Below are positions 1 through 18,000 of a stretch of DNA of 58,345 bases, piece by piece. How positions within the stretch are numbered: the stretch's first letter is position 1; every line of letters begins with the position of its first letter. The notes below the pieces were generated by a model. It worked only from the letters and a program-made list of their open reading frames with translations. It searched no databases and was not told the origin of the DNA. The stretch comes from Trichoplax sp. H2 (Eukaryota): contig NOWV01000302.1 of the NCBI GenBank assembly GCA_003344405.1, positions 1 to 58,345 of the forward strand. Reading direction: 5' to 3'. The position numbers and the translations under genes were made by a program.

Positions 1-43
1 AGTTTCCTATTTGATTATGTCATGAGTGAACGGTGGTGAACAG

Positions 44-172
44 GCGTAATTGCAACCCGTGGGATTTTTGTTACCCGGGTACCTCGTTTCCTACCATCAA
101 TATAAAAATTGCCCGGGTACATATTGTACCCGGGTATTTTACCCGAGTATGGGAACCCGGGTGCAATCCCTA
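44..172. mobile_element. Degenerate miniature inverted-repeat element with ACCCGGGT subterminal repeats (hAT-like)
   Basis: ACCCGGGT-like motifs at 73, 111, 128, 141 and 155. The right end GGGTGCAATCCCTA is partly complementary to the left ATTGCAACCCG. No target-site duplication is discernible. Confidence 0.4.
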
Positions 173-189
173 TAAGTAGCTTCAGGCAT

Positions 190-1450
190 GCAATACTGTA
201 CTGTACGGTATGACACCCGTGATGACTGTAGCAAGTAGCAACTACGTATTCACTGTTCATTCAAGACATAATCAAATAGGGAACTTTGAGAAGCAGGAGC
301 TTGTTTGTACGAGAATTTTTCTGTTCGAAGTCGTTGATAAATGAAGTGAAATCTTTTTCTGTACAGTACTTAACAATAACAGCAGATTTACTGGTACAGG
401 AGGATGCAGGAAATCCGAAATTTATGTCAAAGGGAACAATACTCATACAGTACCTATTCGGTGTAGAGTACTGTATACTATATCGTCATCTAAAGCCAGA
501 TCTACCAACTACTGTACTGTACATTAACGAGGAGATTCCATCACCATTGAATGAATGTACAGTACTGTATACTGTACTGTAGAGTATTACAGTACATAGT
601 ACTGTAGTGTGTACATATGCTAGAGGTGCGTATTGGTGGCACCGTTAATAGTACGTACTGTTGTTTACGGTGTGACCATGTGACAGACGTATCGCACGGT
701 ACTATACAGTACATGTACTGTAGTCTACAGAACTACAGTACTGTACTGTACAGTAACTGATCGCTTATACTGTACTGTACACCTACAGTACAGTACGTAT
801 TACGTAGACTACCATTACCATGCCTCAGGTACGGGTGCAGCTACCAGTCGGGTAGGCGGAAGAGACAAGAGAAGTTACGGTTGAAAAGAGAGTGTGGCTC
901 TTTGCGTTACATACAGTACTTTATAGTACAGTACTGTGGCCAGATTGCCCGCATCCCTCAGTGTACAGTATAGTACTTTCACTTGTGCACTAGTGGTACA
1001 GTATACTGTAAAAACAGGATAGAATGTGAAAAGAAAGGGTTTCTTGTTCAAAATGCCAAAAGCATAGAAAACTTGACTTGACACTTGATTTTATTGTGCC
1101 ACGAGACGGAGTCATTCAGGGTGCAGTACTTTGTACTGTTGATCTTGTTCTCAGGATACTGTACACTGTAAGTGATTCATCGCTGCAGTACTGGATGTAC
1201 TGTTGATGGTTGATGCTCTAGGGAATAGTCCGCTGTCCAGTAAAGTACTGCACTGTCTTGACTGATTCTTCTTACAAAAGCGTCATCATCCAAGTACTGT
1301 ACAGTGTACTGTATTTGCTGCTACTGTACTGTACTTCTGTCAAGAACAGACTGTACAGTACTGCACAAGTACAGTACCAAGAGTACCGTGGTGACGTAGT
1401 AAGTACGGTCAGTTACTCAGGCTGCGACGTCGTACTGACTCTCTTTTACA
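190..1450. promoter_or_regulatory. TACTGTA/TACAGTA-dense region upstream of Rab2
   Basis: Roughly 35 copies (hand count) of TACTGTA or TACAGTA in about 1.25 kb, often overlapping as (TACTG)n, ending about 200 bp before the Rab2 ATG. The motif is sparse elsewhere. A regulatory role is inferred from position only. Confidence 0.5.
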
Positions 1451-1571
1451 GCGCTGTGGACGTATTTCAACCAACCTTATTGATCATCGGTTTAATCTGG
1501 ATCGTTTTACTCGCCGTTACAAAGCGAAAAATTTCTCGACATTTAGATTTTGTTTTATCGAATTATAGACT

Positions 1572-6703
<5,132 letters not shown>

Positions 6704-9067
6704 TTTGTCACTTATCAAGCTTACTCCAGTGAACTTTACAAATAGTATTACAACTAAAATAAACTGTATTCGTAAGTTAAACAACCTACAGGAAGAATTT
6801 ATTTTGTCAACAAGCTATTTGTCAGCAAGCTATTTGCTAAATATGTTCTGCCTTTATGTTAACATTTACATATACATTAACGTTTACATGACTTTACATT
6901 TGACATTTACATTTACATCGAAGCTTGATGCAAGCTTCGATTAGGAGAGTCTATTAACAGCAACAGCCGCGGAAATTCAGGCTTGCCTCTGTATTACTGC
7001 TATTAATTAACTATACTTACACTTTCATGGCAAACATTTGTTGAATTCGTAACACTTCTAATAGACAGTTTCAGGTGCAAATAGTCACTTATCTCTTACT
7101 TGAAAATTGTCTAAGAAAGTATTGTTATTTGTAGGTCTGCTGTGTTTACATATTATTAGATTTGATGTAAGCAGACTATGATAATCATATCCTTATTCTC
7201 GGCATTCTTTTATCTTAAACTGAATTTAGTAAAACAGCGTGTATAAGTTCCATCTACCCTGAGATTTAAAAATCAATATACGTAAGACAATTACTTTAGG
7301 AATAACAGATAGTGAATTGATAATTATGCGATTTGGTGGTAAATTTAATAGAAGCTTCCTTTATCTTTCCAGGATTACCTTATAATATTCAATTAGTCTG
7401 TTATCAAGTTTACGAAAAGATACTATTAACACAAATAATTAAATTTTACAATCTATGTAACTATTGTAATGCATTAAATTTTAGGCTATTATTTGTTAGT
7501 ATTTCCACATTTAATAAAGTTTGGAGTTATTCCATTTACATAATTCATTGCTGTTATCCTATTGTACAAGGGTCGACTAGATTTTGACTTGCTGTACCAC
7601 TCCTAAATCTTATTAACGTTATTGCTTTAATGCTATACTTGGATTTTTATGTAGAGTAGCTGCTTGAGTTATAATAAACTACCACAAGATCATTGTAAAC
7701 TTGGTCCTACATATCCTGGAATTGCTACATTTTTTGTACAAAGTAGTAACTTCATTTGATATTTTTAAGACTAACCAGATCAAAAAATTGCATAATATAT
7801 TAAGCACTCATTCATGTAGTATAAATTCGAAAATTCTATTTTAATATTTATAATTTAGTGCATACCGTACGTGTCTACTTATGTCCGTAATCTGCTTACA
7901 CAGCTCAGTAATTAAAAAAAGGAATTAAGAATCGATATCCACTGTAACTATAAACCTTAATGTTGCAGGAATATTAGCACTTCTAATATGCACGAAAATT
8001 CGAGAGTATATCAGATGGTCACAATAACTTTACGAGTATCATATACGTTAGCTATAGCTGTAACGAATAAGAGTAAGCAATATCGTATTCTTATCAAAGT
8101 ACTCGTATTATTAATTCAAGGATCGATATTTCAATGATTATACCGTGAAATATCTATAATTTTTTAATTTAAAAAGCTAGTAAGGCGAATGACTCCAGAG
8201 TTTATCAAATTCGATAATGCTAGAATCTACACATAGCTTAATTTCTTTGAGTTAGAACTAAAAAAGCGACAATTACCAACTATTCTTACTGTCTATTTGA
8301 TAGCGGCCTAACAAAGAGCTAATAACAGGAGTTCTGAAATGATAATTAATCTATCACTACTACTAGCTATTTTAACTGAAAATGTATTTGCTATAGGTCT
8401 TATCGTTACTAGGACCGTAGAATGATTCTAGCTACAATCGTAACAGATTCGAGTATCGAGATCATTCCAGCGATATTTTATGTAAACAATAATGTAAACT
8501 ATTGAAATGGAAGATAAATTATGCGATACTTTCTATACAAAGCATGTTGTTGTTTCAATGTATGAATTCGAGTTATTCGTCAAAATTAGCGATTAATTAT
8601 TTGACTATCAATACAGTATTATATTTGTATATGATAGGAAGAATTTTTACTATTAGTTAGAATATAGCTAATGTAGTAAAAATGAAATCTGATATTTACA
8701 ACATACTATACTGATCAAAGCTAGTACTGCAAGCTGAATGATGAGCTAATACAACAACGAGCTCTTAGGCGAAGGAAGTAGTAGTGTATTGATCGACCCC
8801 GATTGACAGCAGTGAAAAATATTTCTATTCTTATGTGACTCAAAAAACATACAAGTTATGAACCCATTTTAATTCTATTTATGATAAGTAAGACTATAAC
8901 TCATATCTCTTGTACAGTACTACAATGAATAAAACAAGTACACCATATATAATACATTTTCTTACAACATTAAATAGTAATTCAGCAAATAATACTGAAG
9001 ATAAATCTTTCTATTTGAAATTAACATTTTATAAAGAAGGTAGATATCGGAATTTCCGTATTTCTTG

Positions 9068-12000
9068 TTAATTAAAACCACTTTTTTTACGGTTAGTCCA
9101 AATGCCAGAATGATCGCAAACCGAGGCCATGGTGGTAACACTATTTTTAAAATGTTTAAGTCATAATCGACAAAGTTAAATGTATTACAAGAAAAATTTG
9201 AAGGCGTTTTTATCAATAGCAATCCAAACATAATAAACGACGATAATTTTTAGCGAGAATTATTTAACCTAGTCATGTAGTACAAGAGAACATCAGCATA
9301 TGCAATAAATTACGATTTTATGAAGGAATTTGCCACTTTAACTAACCTGTATGATGAACACATTTCTAGTTCATGTGTTAATTCGATCGAGGATGAAAAT
9401 AAATTTTGTTGAATTAGAACGAGTAATCGAAAATTATAGGGTTACTAATGTAAAATACTTGGAAGACATTTATCGGAAATGAGTCGTAATTATACGATGG
9501 CAGCAATCGCTGAAATTTGAGTAAGGCAACTAACTTTAAATATCAACAGCCCTTCATAAACGCACGAGTATGGCTGAAGTTGATTACCTTGTATCTTATT
9601 CAAACTTTTAGAATCTCGTCGAATATCTACAGAGTTGCATGAAATATTATCCGTAGAAAGTGGTAATAATGGAATTTTAACGTTACGACTAGCACGCGTA
9701 TCTTCACTCTATAATAAAAAAATAACGGAATAAATAAATATATTGAAATCATATAAAATGAAAATTTATACAGAGCCAAATGGTAAATTGATGCTGACTT
9801 TTATTTTCTGTTATTATAAGTCAATATAAAACGTTATACGTGAATTGTAAATCGTACTCGCGTTTCCCCGCTAGTATCTCTCATGGATTGCATTGGAAAT
9901 ATCATTGTACCAAATTTAGTTCTTTTCTGAAAGTACTCTTGCACCTAAGGATAATTAAATTAGATGCGATATAAATTAGTATTGCTGTTTCTAATCTATT
10001 GCTATAGCAGATGCAAGATTATATATGATTACTCTTGACATATACTCCAGTATTTTAGAGAATAATTTTGAAGCTTAGTACATATATGTTATCCGTAAAA
10101 TATCAGTTCTAAAATCAATATCAAAACTTACATCATGATCTCGAAAGCAATGAAAGTAAAAGATTAAAAGCCCCTTCATATCAGAATATCGGTAAGTCAA
10201 TATATTATCATTAGCATCAGATGATTATGATACAACCAAACAGTCTTTATGGATAGAAAAACTAGCAGTGAAATTAAACTTAACAAGCTGCCGCTGATAA
10301 ACGATAATTTACCTGTGGGCAATTCAAAACTGTAAATAAGTAAGCAAAAGCGATATTATCTGTAGCATAATATAGGATACCAAATAACCAAGATACACCA
10401 AAGAGAAAGATTAGCGAAGTCACAGCTCTAATTCCAACTCTATGAAGAAGAATGGATATATTTCGATTAAATCATCATGTTACTAAATATCGCTTTACTA
10501 CTAGTAAATTGCCTTGAATTTCATAAATATGATAAAACTGCAGAAAGAGGGAGTTATTTTATTATATCTACTACAAATTAAGTAGAATAGTTTTAATGAA
10601 GCAATATGATATTTCTATGGATGTTATAGTTTTAAACTGGATCGTAATTCCGTTATACTTGAATTTTTGAATTTCAGATTTTTGGACCATAACTGTAATC
10701 GAGAAGAGCGCTTTTACAGCCGTAATTGTAATGGCAATGTTACTCTAAAAATTTTCGTTATGAAAGATTTTAAAATATCGCCAAATTAACAGGAGTGCTA
10801 ATATAAACTCACGTTTATCTCTTGCAATACAGAATCGAGTAAATACAAAATTTAGCCTATTGACTATCTTTGCGCTAGCACAATTAAGAAATCACAATTC
10901 TTAGAAAAAACACATTCTCTATTAAAGATTGATGGATTAACACGCATAAATGCAGTGGTTATACAGGAAAGGACTAATGCATGTTGATTAAGTTCAATAT
11001 ATTGCTATATAATATATTACATATAACTTACGATTTTTTAATTATTATTATAGTACCTATCAAACTACAGTATCTTACCACAACAATTAAAATAATTGGA
11101 CCAACAAAGAACCACATTTGAGGGCTTGCATTTTTAATCCAACAGCTATTAAAATAATAATTGACATTAATAACTAGTTAACTAAATCGAGACCTGCATA
11201 ACCACCACGTCTGGTATTCGTATTTAAAACTTACTTATTTGAATTGCGGTATGCGTCTATCCCAGTACACGTGGCCACTGCGACTATTACTGCAGGAGGC
11301 ACTAATTTGGGATCATTTAAAGAAAATTTGAAAAAATAGCGCCAGAGAACAGATTAAATATGATGAAGGTTGCATGGATTACCTGTACGTATACTTTCTA
11401 ATGATAGCTATTAAAAATGACTTATTAACTATTCATTAATGATAGTAAGGATTAAAATTTTAATTACAGTAAATTAGTCAATGTATTTTATACTTACACC
11501 ATCCTGCAATAAAATATAACCGCCTAATTTTTAGGTCAATAGTTTTCCGCATTGATGAAATTTTTTGCAAAAGTAATAAGGCCTCCATCATCATCCATGT
11601 TAAGCTTGCCAAATAGAAAAAATGCAATCCAACAGCGATAATAGTACAAAGAAGCTACAATTTAAAAGAATTTAATTTTATTTCACTCATAGTAATGGAT
11701 TTCGAGAAGTTATACTGACAATTTTTCGATACTGTAATGTAATATACATCAAGAGAAGTGGCATTTGTTAAATAAAATGTCATCATGAAAGCAACTTAAA
11801 TTTATCATAAAGACTAGTAAAACACCCATTCAAGTAGATTTTTAGCAATCTAGTACAAGTTGACATTTCTATACATATTGACACAATTATTCGTGCGGCA
11901 CAAAGTAGATCACCGAATATACCAATTAAAATGGTATATTAGAATTTCTACCATAAATTATTGGTGTCTTATAATACTAATTCAGGATTAATTACCGGCA

Positions 12001-15000
12001 GTTGCGTTGCATGTATGCCAGCTAAGAATCCAATAATCGAAATTACCATAGCAACAGCCAAATTAAGGTGAATAAAGTGCTTTACTGTGTAAAATTTCCT
12101 ACATAAAAATGTTAGATATACCTTGCTGATTGAAATTTAAAGCAAGAATGATATAATAGATCGAGAAATCGTATAAATTTTAAAAACTTAACATTGCTTT
12201 AAGAACAAGAAGTCTTACTTTATTTCAAATGCTACAATGAAATGTAGGTTTCAACTAAGTACAAATATATCTATAGTATAATTTTACTCAAGTCATGTTG
12301 CCTCGCTCAATAAGTACAGGCTAATACATTGAACTAAGCTAATCGTAAGGAATTCAAGACCTACACTCCAAGCTATTAAGTACACGCTTCGAACTATTAA
12401 CTTTAGACAAATAAAAGCTCTATAAGCTCTAGATCCTGACCTCGTTAGTAATTAATTAGCAAGATGTATAGTATTAATTAAGAAGCCACTTTTGGATCTG
12501 ACAATACAAGACTTTACATCAATATTAAACAGTATTATTATCAAGCTTTAACAAGAAGTCATCTTACTAACTTGCTGCTAATTAATATTGTTATCATAAC
12601 CAATAAGGCAAATAGCGAGGCAGAGTATCCGGCATAAGTTATATAACGGAGGTTAGCGTCGTGAGGCCCAGTAAGCGCCTAAATTCAAAATATAATCAGT
12701 AACTTCAATATATAATGTCGAAGTTGACCATGGGTGAATGTACACGTATTAATGTCTAAATTATTCCATAATAACTTCGTCTTAAATATGAACATAAATC
12801 AACAAAATTTTTGATTGCCTTTGAACTTTGCATAATGACTGCAAAACTGGTGAAATGAGATGTTGCACAATGAACTCTGGTCGAATTATAGCCCAATAAT
12901 TGAATTCCATATTCTGACCATCCACTTTAATAAATTTATAATTAAGGACAAAGTCGAAAAGTGCGGGTATTAGTAAATCAAATTATGATCCGATCATAAG
13001 TTAATGTCTCTAATTCACTTAATTCGAAAGAAGAATGGATTTTCTAGTCATTTTAATTCAAGTTATGCAATCTATTTCGATTAGCTAATAAATTGCGATA
13101 ATTTCGCAATTCACTGATCACTTAAGGTATATATTATAGTAGAACATTGAAGTTATTTGTATTATTTATCTTACAATTGCTCCCAATATGCACATCGATA
13201 GGGTGGATAAGTCTAATGGAAAAAGATTACAATTGTGCAAACTTTTAAATGATCTTCGAAATAATTAATAAAACCGTAATGTTAACTTTATCTGACCTGT
13301 CCATATTGAATTTTAAAGTGAAGATGGACAGGCACTGTAAAATTTTTGTCTTGTGGTGGGTACACAGAGCAAGACAAAATGCTGGAAATAATGATGCTAA
13401 AGAATTTTTTTGGAATTCTGTTAGTATGAAATCATATCACTTCTATCAAAATGAAAGAATGGAAACTTAATATGTATATAATCAATTTACGTGTATATAT
13501 ACATTGTATGTCCGTATCTAAAGTGTACCTGTTATTGCCATTAGCGTTATTTTCTGCCCAATACCTTTCGACATTATAAGTTCGCACTACCACAGTTACA
13601 GTGTGATCTAAAAATTTTTGTAAAATTAATAATTTGAACGGTATTATTGCTGGTATCTTATACAAAAGGTGAGCCACAAATATTATCGAAATGAAGACAA
13701 TTCACGATTTTACTATCGATTTCTATTCAGCAGGGGTGCGATAAAATTACAATAATAAAATAAAGCCAGAAATATTCATCACCTTGATCAGAGAATTGAA
13801 ATGCTGATTTAGGAATCCTCACTTCTGCTACGGACTTGTTGGATGACGATAACACTAGATTAATGGTTGACTTCGTATTCGACGCCTTAATCGTTTGGGC
13901 TACCAATTCTGCCATGTTCGATCATAATATGGGCATCAACAGATGGAAGAACGATGTACAATACAATAAGAAATCATTTAGTAAGCAATGCAGCTAAAGT
14001 TAGAACAGCCTTTAAATTAAAATACTTTAAATCAGTAAGTGTAGATTCAGCGTATATAGATATCAGCATTGGAATACAGATATAAGTTACTGATTAATGT
14101 CAGCTTAATTACATAGGTATAATAGTAAGAGATAGCGACAATCTGAAGGAAGAAGCTGATATTATTTATACTGTACTCGTATATTAGTAATGATGCGATA
14201 GCTTTGGTGATATATTTGTATGAGCTAAATGAATACCTGACTGTGGCGTTGACATCCTAAACTGTGTAGTAATATTAGCTTGATTAATTTTTTTAGCTAA
14301 ATTCGTGTCAAATTTATCGATCTGCGTAAGAATTAAGCCAGGATTCTACAGAATAAAACCGATAAATCTTGGTTAAATATATCACATCTCTAATTCGATG
14401 TCTTGATCTCTAGGAAAATCCAATATGATCATTTTATTCTTTTGTATTATAGCAAAATCGATATTTTAAGTAATAATTAAGATTTGGTTTCAAAGATTGA
14501 TTTGAAAACTTCTCTTGTAAAAATTATGAAGCACGTTATTATTTCTTACGCATAAAAGTTACATTACCTTATCCACGGTATCAGTTATATTTACTATAAG
14601 TTGACTGTTAGTTTCTTGTATCTCATCAATCTGCATGACAAGCAAATAAGTCATTATTTAAAAATTTTTCAATTTCAACCCTATGGAGATTATTACAAAT
14701 CTGATCAATAAAAGCTCATTATTCAACACAGCAGTTTTTTCATTAAATCTTGAGCGTCAATTTATCATGAGTCTAAGTTCTGACGATTTTGATATGATAT
14801 TTCTTCTCACGATATAAGCATATTAAATTTGCCCATCAATAACCATTTTACTAGCCTTGACATGATTGGCTATGTAGCTTTCATTATCCGCTGACGACGA
14901 CTGATTCAGAGTGATGTTTGCGGAGACTGCAAATATTAGTAACGGTAGTAAGTGATGGTATCTTAGGAAATTGATAGCCATACGTTAGAAATAACTTAAA

Positions 15001-18000
15001 TTAAACACAGAAAGCTGTTAGCAATAGAAAGCAGATGATTATTTATTTATTCATATTAAATGAGAAAGTTTCTTAACCTTTATAAGAAGTAGCAATAAAA
15101 GAAACTATTTTACTCCGAAATAAATTTCTCTACAAGTTGCAATATACCTGGAGAAGAACTGGTAGAATATTCTAATGGTGGTATTGTCGTCACTGAAAGG
15201 GTTCTAGGATGCTGAAATATGTCCATAGTTGTAAAGCCGGGGCGATTATTACAAGTTATACAGGTATTATAATCACCGGTCATTCCATGATCTACATGAT
15301 GGATATTAGAATTAGTGTACATGAAATGATATTACAATTAGAACAAAGAATTATATTAATAATATTCAGGTTGTTAAAGGTACAACAATAAGTATTCTTT
15401 CTGCCTAAATATAAAATTGGAATGTTAAGTTCTATTCCTAGGCTGCTATTCATGGTGAAAGTATGATATTTGTGATATCCAGACGGAATAATAGCATGAA
15501 AATAATACTTTTTAAAAGCTAGATTAGACTGGACCCTACATTTTTAAATTGGATAGAAGATACTGCACTCATTATATAAAACAATTATGATTATGTAAAA
15601 TAACGTAATACTGTGATTATAGACCATTAACCATATTTAGTACGATGTAGGGTAGTATCGTTTCTATATTTATCTTATTATATATTTAGTAGCCCATAAT
15701 TATAGACTGCGATGGTAAACTCTATGCTAGAAAACAGGCGACTATATACAGTAGAATATTGAGCTATTAATAAGGTTAGATGTAAAAATAGAAATGTAAA
15801 TCATATATTAGGATATGTTTCATTGTACTTTGAGTAGTAGGAATAATGTCTACGCAAATACTATCGTTTCCATATTGGATTAATGATGGCCCACTGTAAA
15901 AATAGTGTTACAAATAATAATTTGATAATGTGTAAAATGAGGTAAAATGTTGCTATGCTGATTGTAGCTGCGAAGTTTACGGAGAGCATAAAAGCAGGCG
16001 ACAGTAGATTATCTGATTGTTCTTTCTGGAAGTTTTTCAGTAGTTCTATTCGGCTAGAGTAAAGCTATATGTAGCTAATCTTTTTATTAGATCTAATAAA
16101 GTTCTAATTTTCTACAAATATTGAATTTTCATGATCGGATTTTATCATAGATTATAATATTTCAGGATATGAAAATAATTAAATCAGAGATTAACCCATC
16201 AAACTCTATTAAAATCGAACTGTTTAATCGATTTTCTACTTGAAAAATGGTTATGCATTTTGACTAATAAGAGATAATAGTACAGTAGGTGAAATTCGAT
16301 AAGATGCTGTGTTATAAAGTATTAAGTTAAGACTGCAGCTGCCAAAGTTTATAATAATATTGCCCTATCGAAGCTATCAGTAGGACAGTATCAGTGATTA
16401 AAAACATAGTTCATAATACGAATTCTAAGTTTATCAATTAAACTTAAAGCAAATCTCTGTCAAATAGCGTTAATGAAACAAGTGATCATAAATATGAACT
16501 ATTAGTATATGATCATCGCTGTAGAAAATTGCAATTTATAACTAAATTTAATCTGAATTATTGAAGAGTAATTCATAAATAATTGTGTTTACGATTTACT
16601 GCAGATCGAGAATAAATAAGAATGGAGATTGCAATCAGCTATGATCTAATCACTACTTTCTTTGATGTGGTTCATAATTATCATTCATTGATCTATACTA
16701 CTGTAGTTTCCATACTCCAGTTTGACTTAGCATAACTAATATCGCTCATTGGTGTAGCTTTCGTTATAGCATATGATACTATGCACCTCACTGTGGATAC
16801 ATAGCCATAACCCACGTCTAAAGAATTTGCTACGATACGGTGGTTCACAGATTGCATCAAGTGTGGAGCTAGAGCTAGATGTAAATCATATTACCATATC
16901 GTACCTGATAGTGATGATAATAAATTTTCTTTCGTATTATATAAGCTAGGATCGGAGACGGAAAGGTTAGAAGAAAGCAACGGCGAATTATTAGCAATCG
17001 TAGGGGTATCAATAGTGATGGTGGAACTGCTCTGCATCGACGAATTCGACGATAACTGCTGATGAAGAGTGGCGTTCCCTTCGTCTTTTACGTTCGTTAC
17101 TGTAACAGAGGCATCGTTTGTGATGATATCATCTAGCAAAATGGATAGTAACATAAGTCCAATAGTACTTGAAGTACTTAGTAAAATGAGGGCAGAACTT
17201 AATCTTACCTATTATTAATACCATCAAGGAATACTCGTTTATGCTTGAGCTAATGTGTGATTGTAGAGTAACATAAGCTGTCAGCGGTAGATGATTAGTT
17301 GCAGTTGATAGCTGAATAACCTCAGAATTACTATTAATCCATGAGCTAGATATTACCAATTGATTGTAGGCATCAGAGCCCTTTTCAGCGATTATAACTG
17401 TAGGTGTTGCTGAAGTGATGCTCAAGGCACTATTGATTACAAAATTCGATGATAAAATGGACGGTCTTAATGAATCTTCAAACGTGGTAGAATTAATGTT
17501 AAGGCCTGAAGTAGTAGAAGGAATCTGCTGCGATCCCACAGCTGTCGTTGCCATTATAACATTATCAAAACTACTGTTGGTCAATAAGCTGGATAATAAA
17601 TTCTGGCTATCCAAAACAAAAGTCTCTTTATCGACAATGGAAGTAGACAGATCTTCATGCATGCTTAAACTTACGAAAGAATCAGTAGTAGTAGATGCTA
17701 GCAGCGATAGTTCACTAGTTGTTAATAGTGCGTTGTTACTAGACCTACTAGAGGATGAGGCCTGTTCATTACGGCTAGTAAAGCGTTCACTGTCGCTCAT
17801 CGCCGTATTTACTGTTAAAACGACTCTGAGATTATGATCGAGAATGAAGACAGATGATGAGATCGATGATATTAATGGATTCTCATCCGCACTTGAGCTG
17901 ATGTAAACTTTAGAATCAATAGAAGTCAATGACTCTATAGCCAAAGTGAATGATGAAGCGGATGATATCAGTGGATCCTTATCCGTACTTGCGCTGATGT

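Noticed and set aside
190..1450. CRISPR-like or satellite array
   Set aside because: No constant repeat/spacer periodicity, and the context is eukaryotic.
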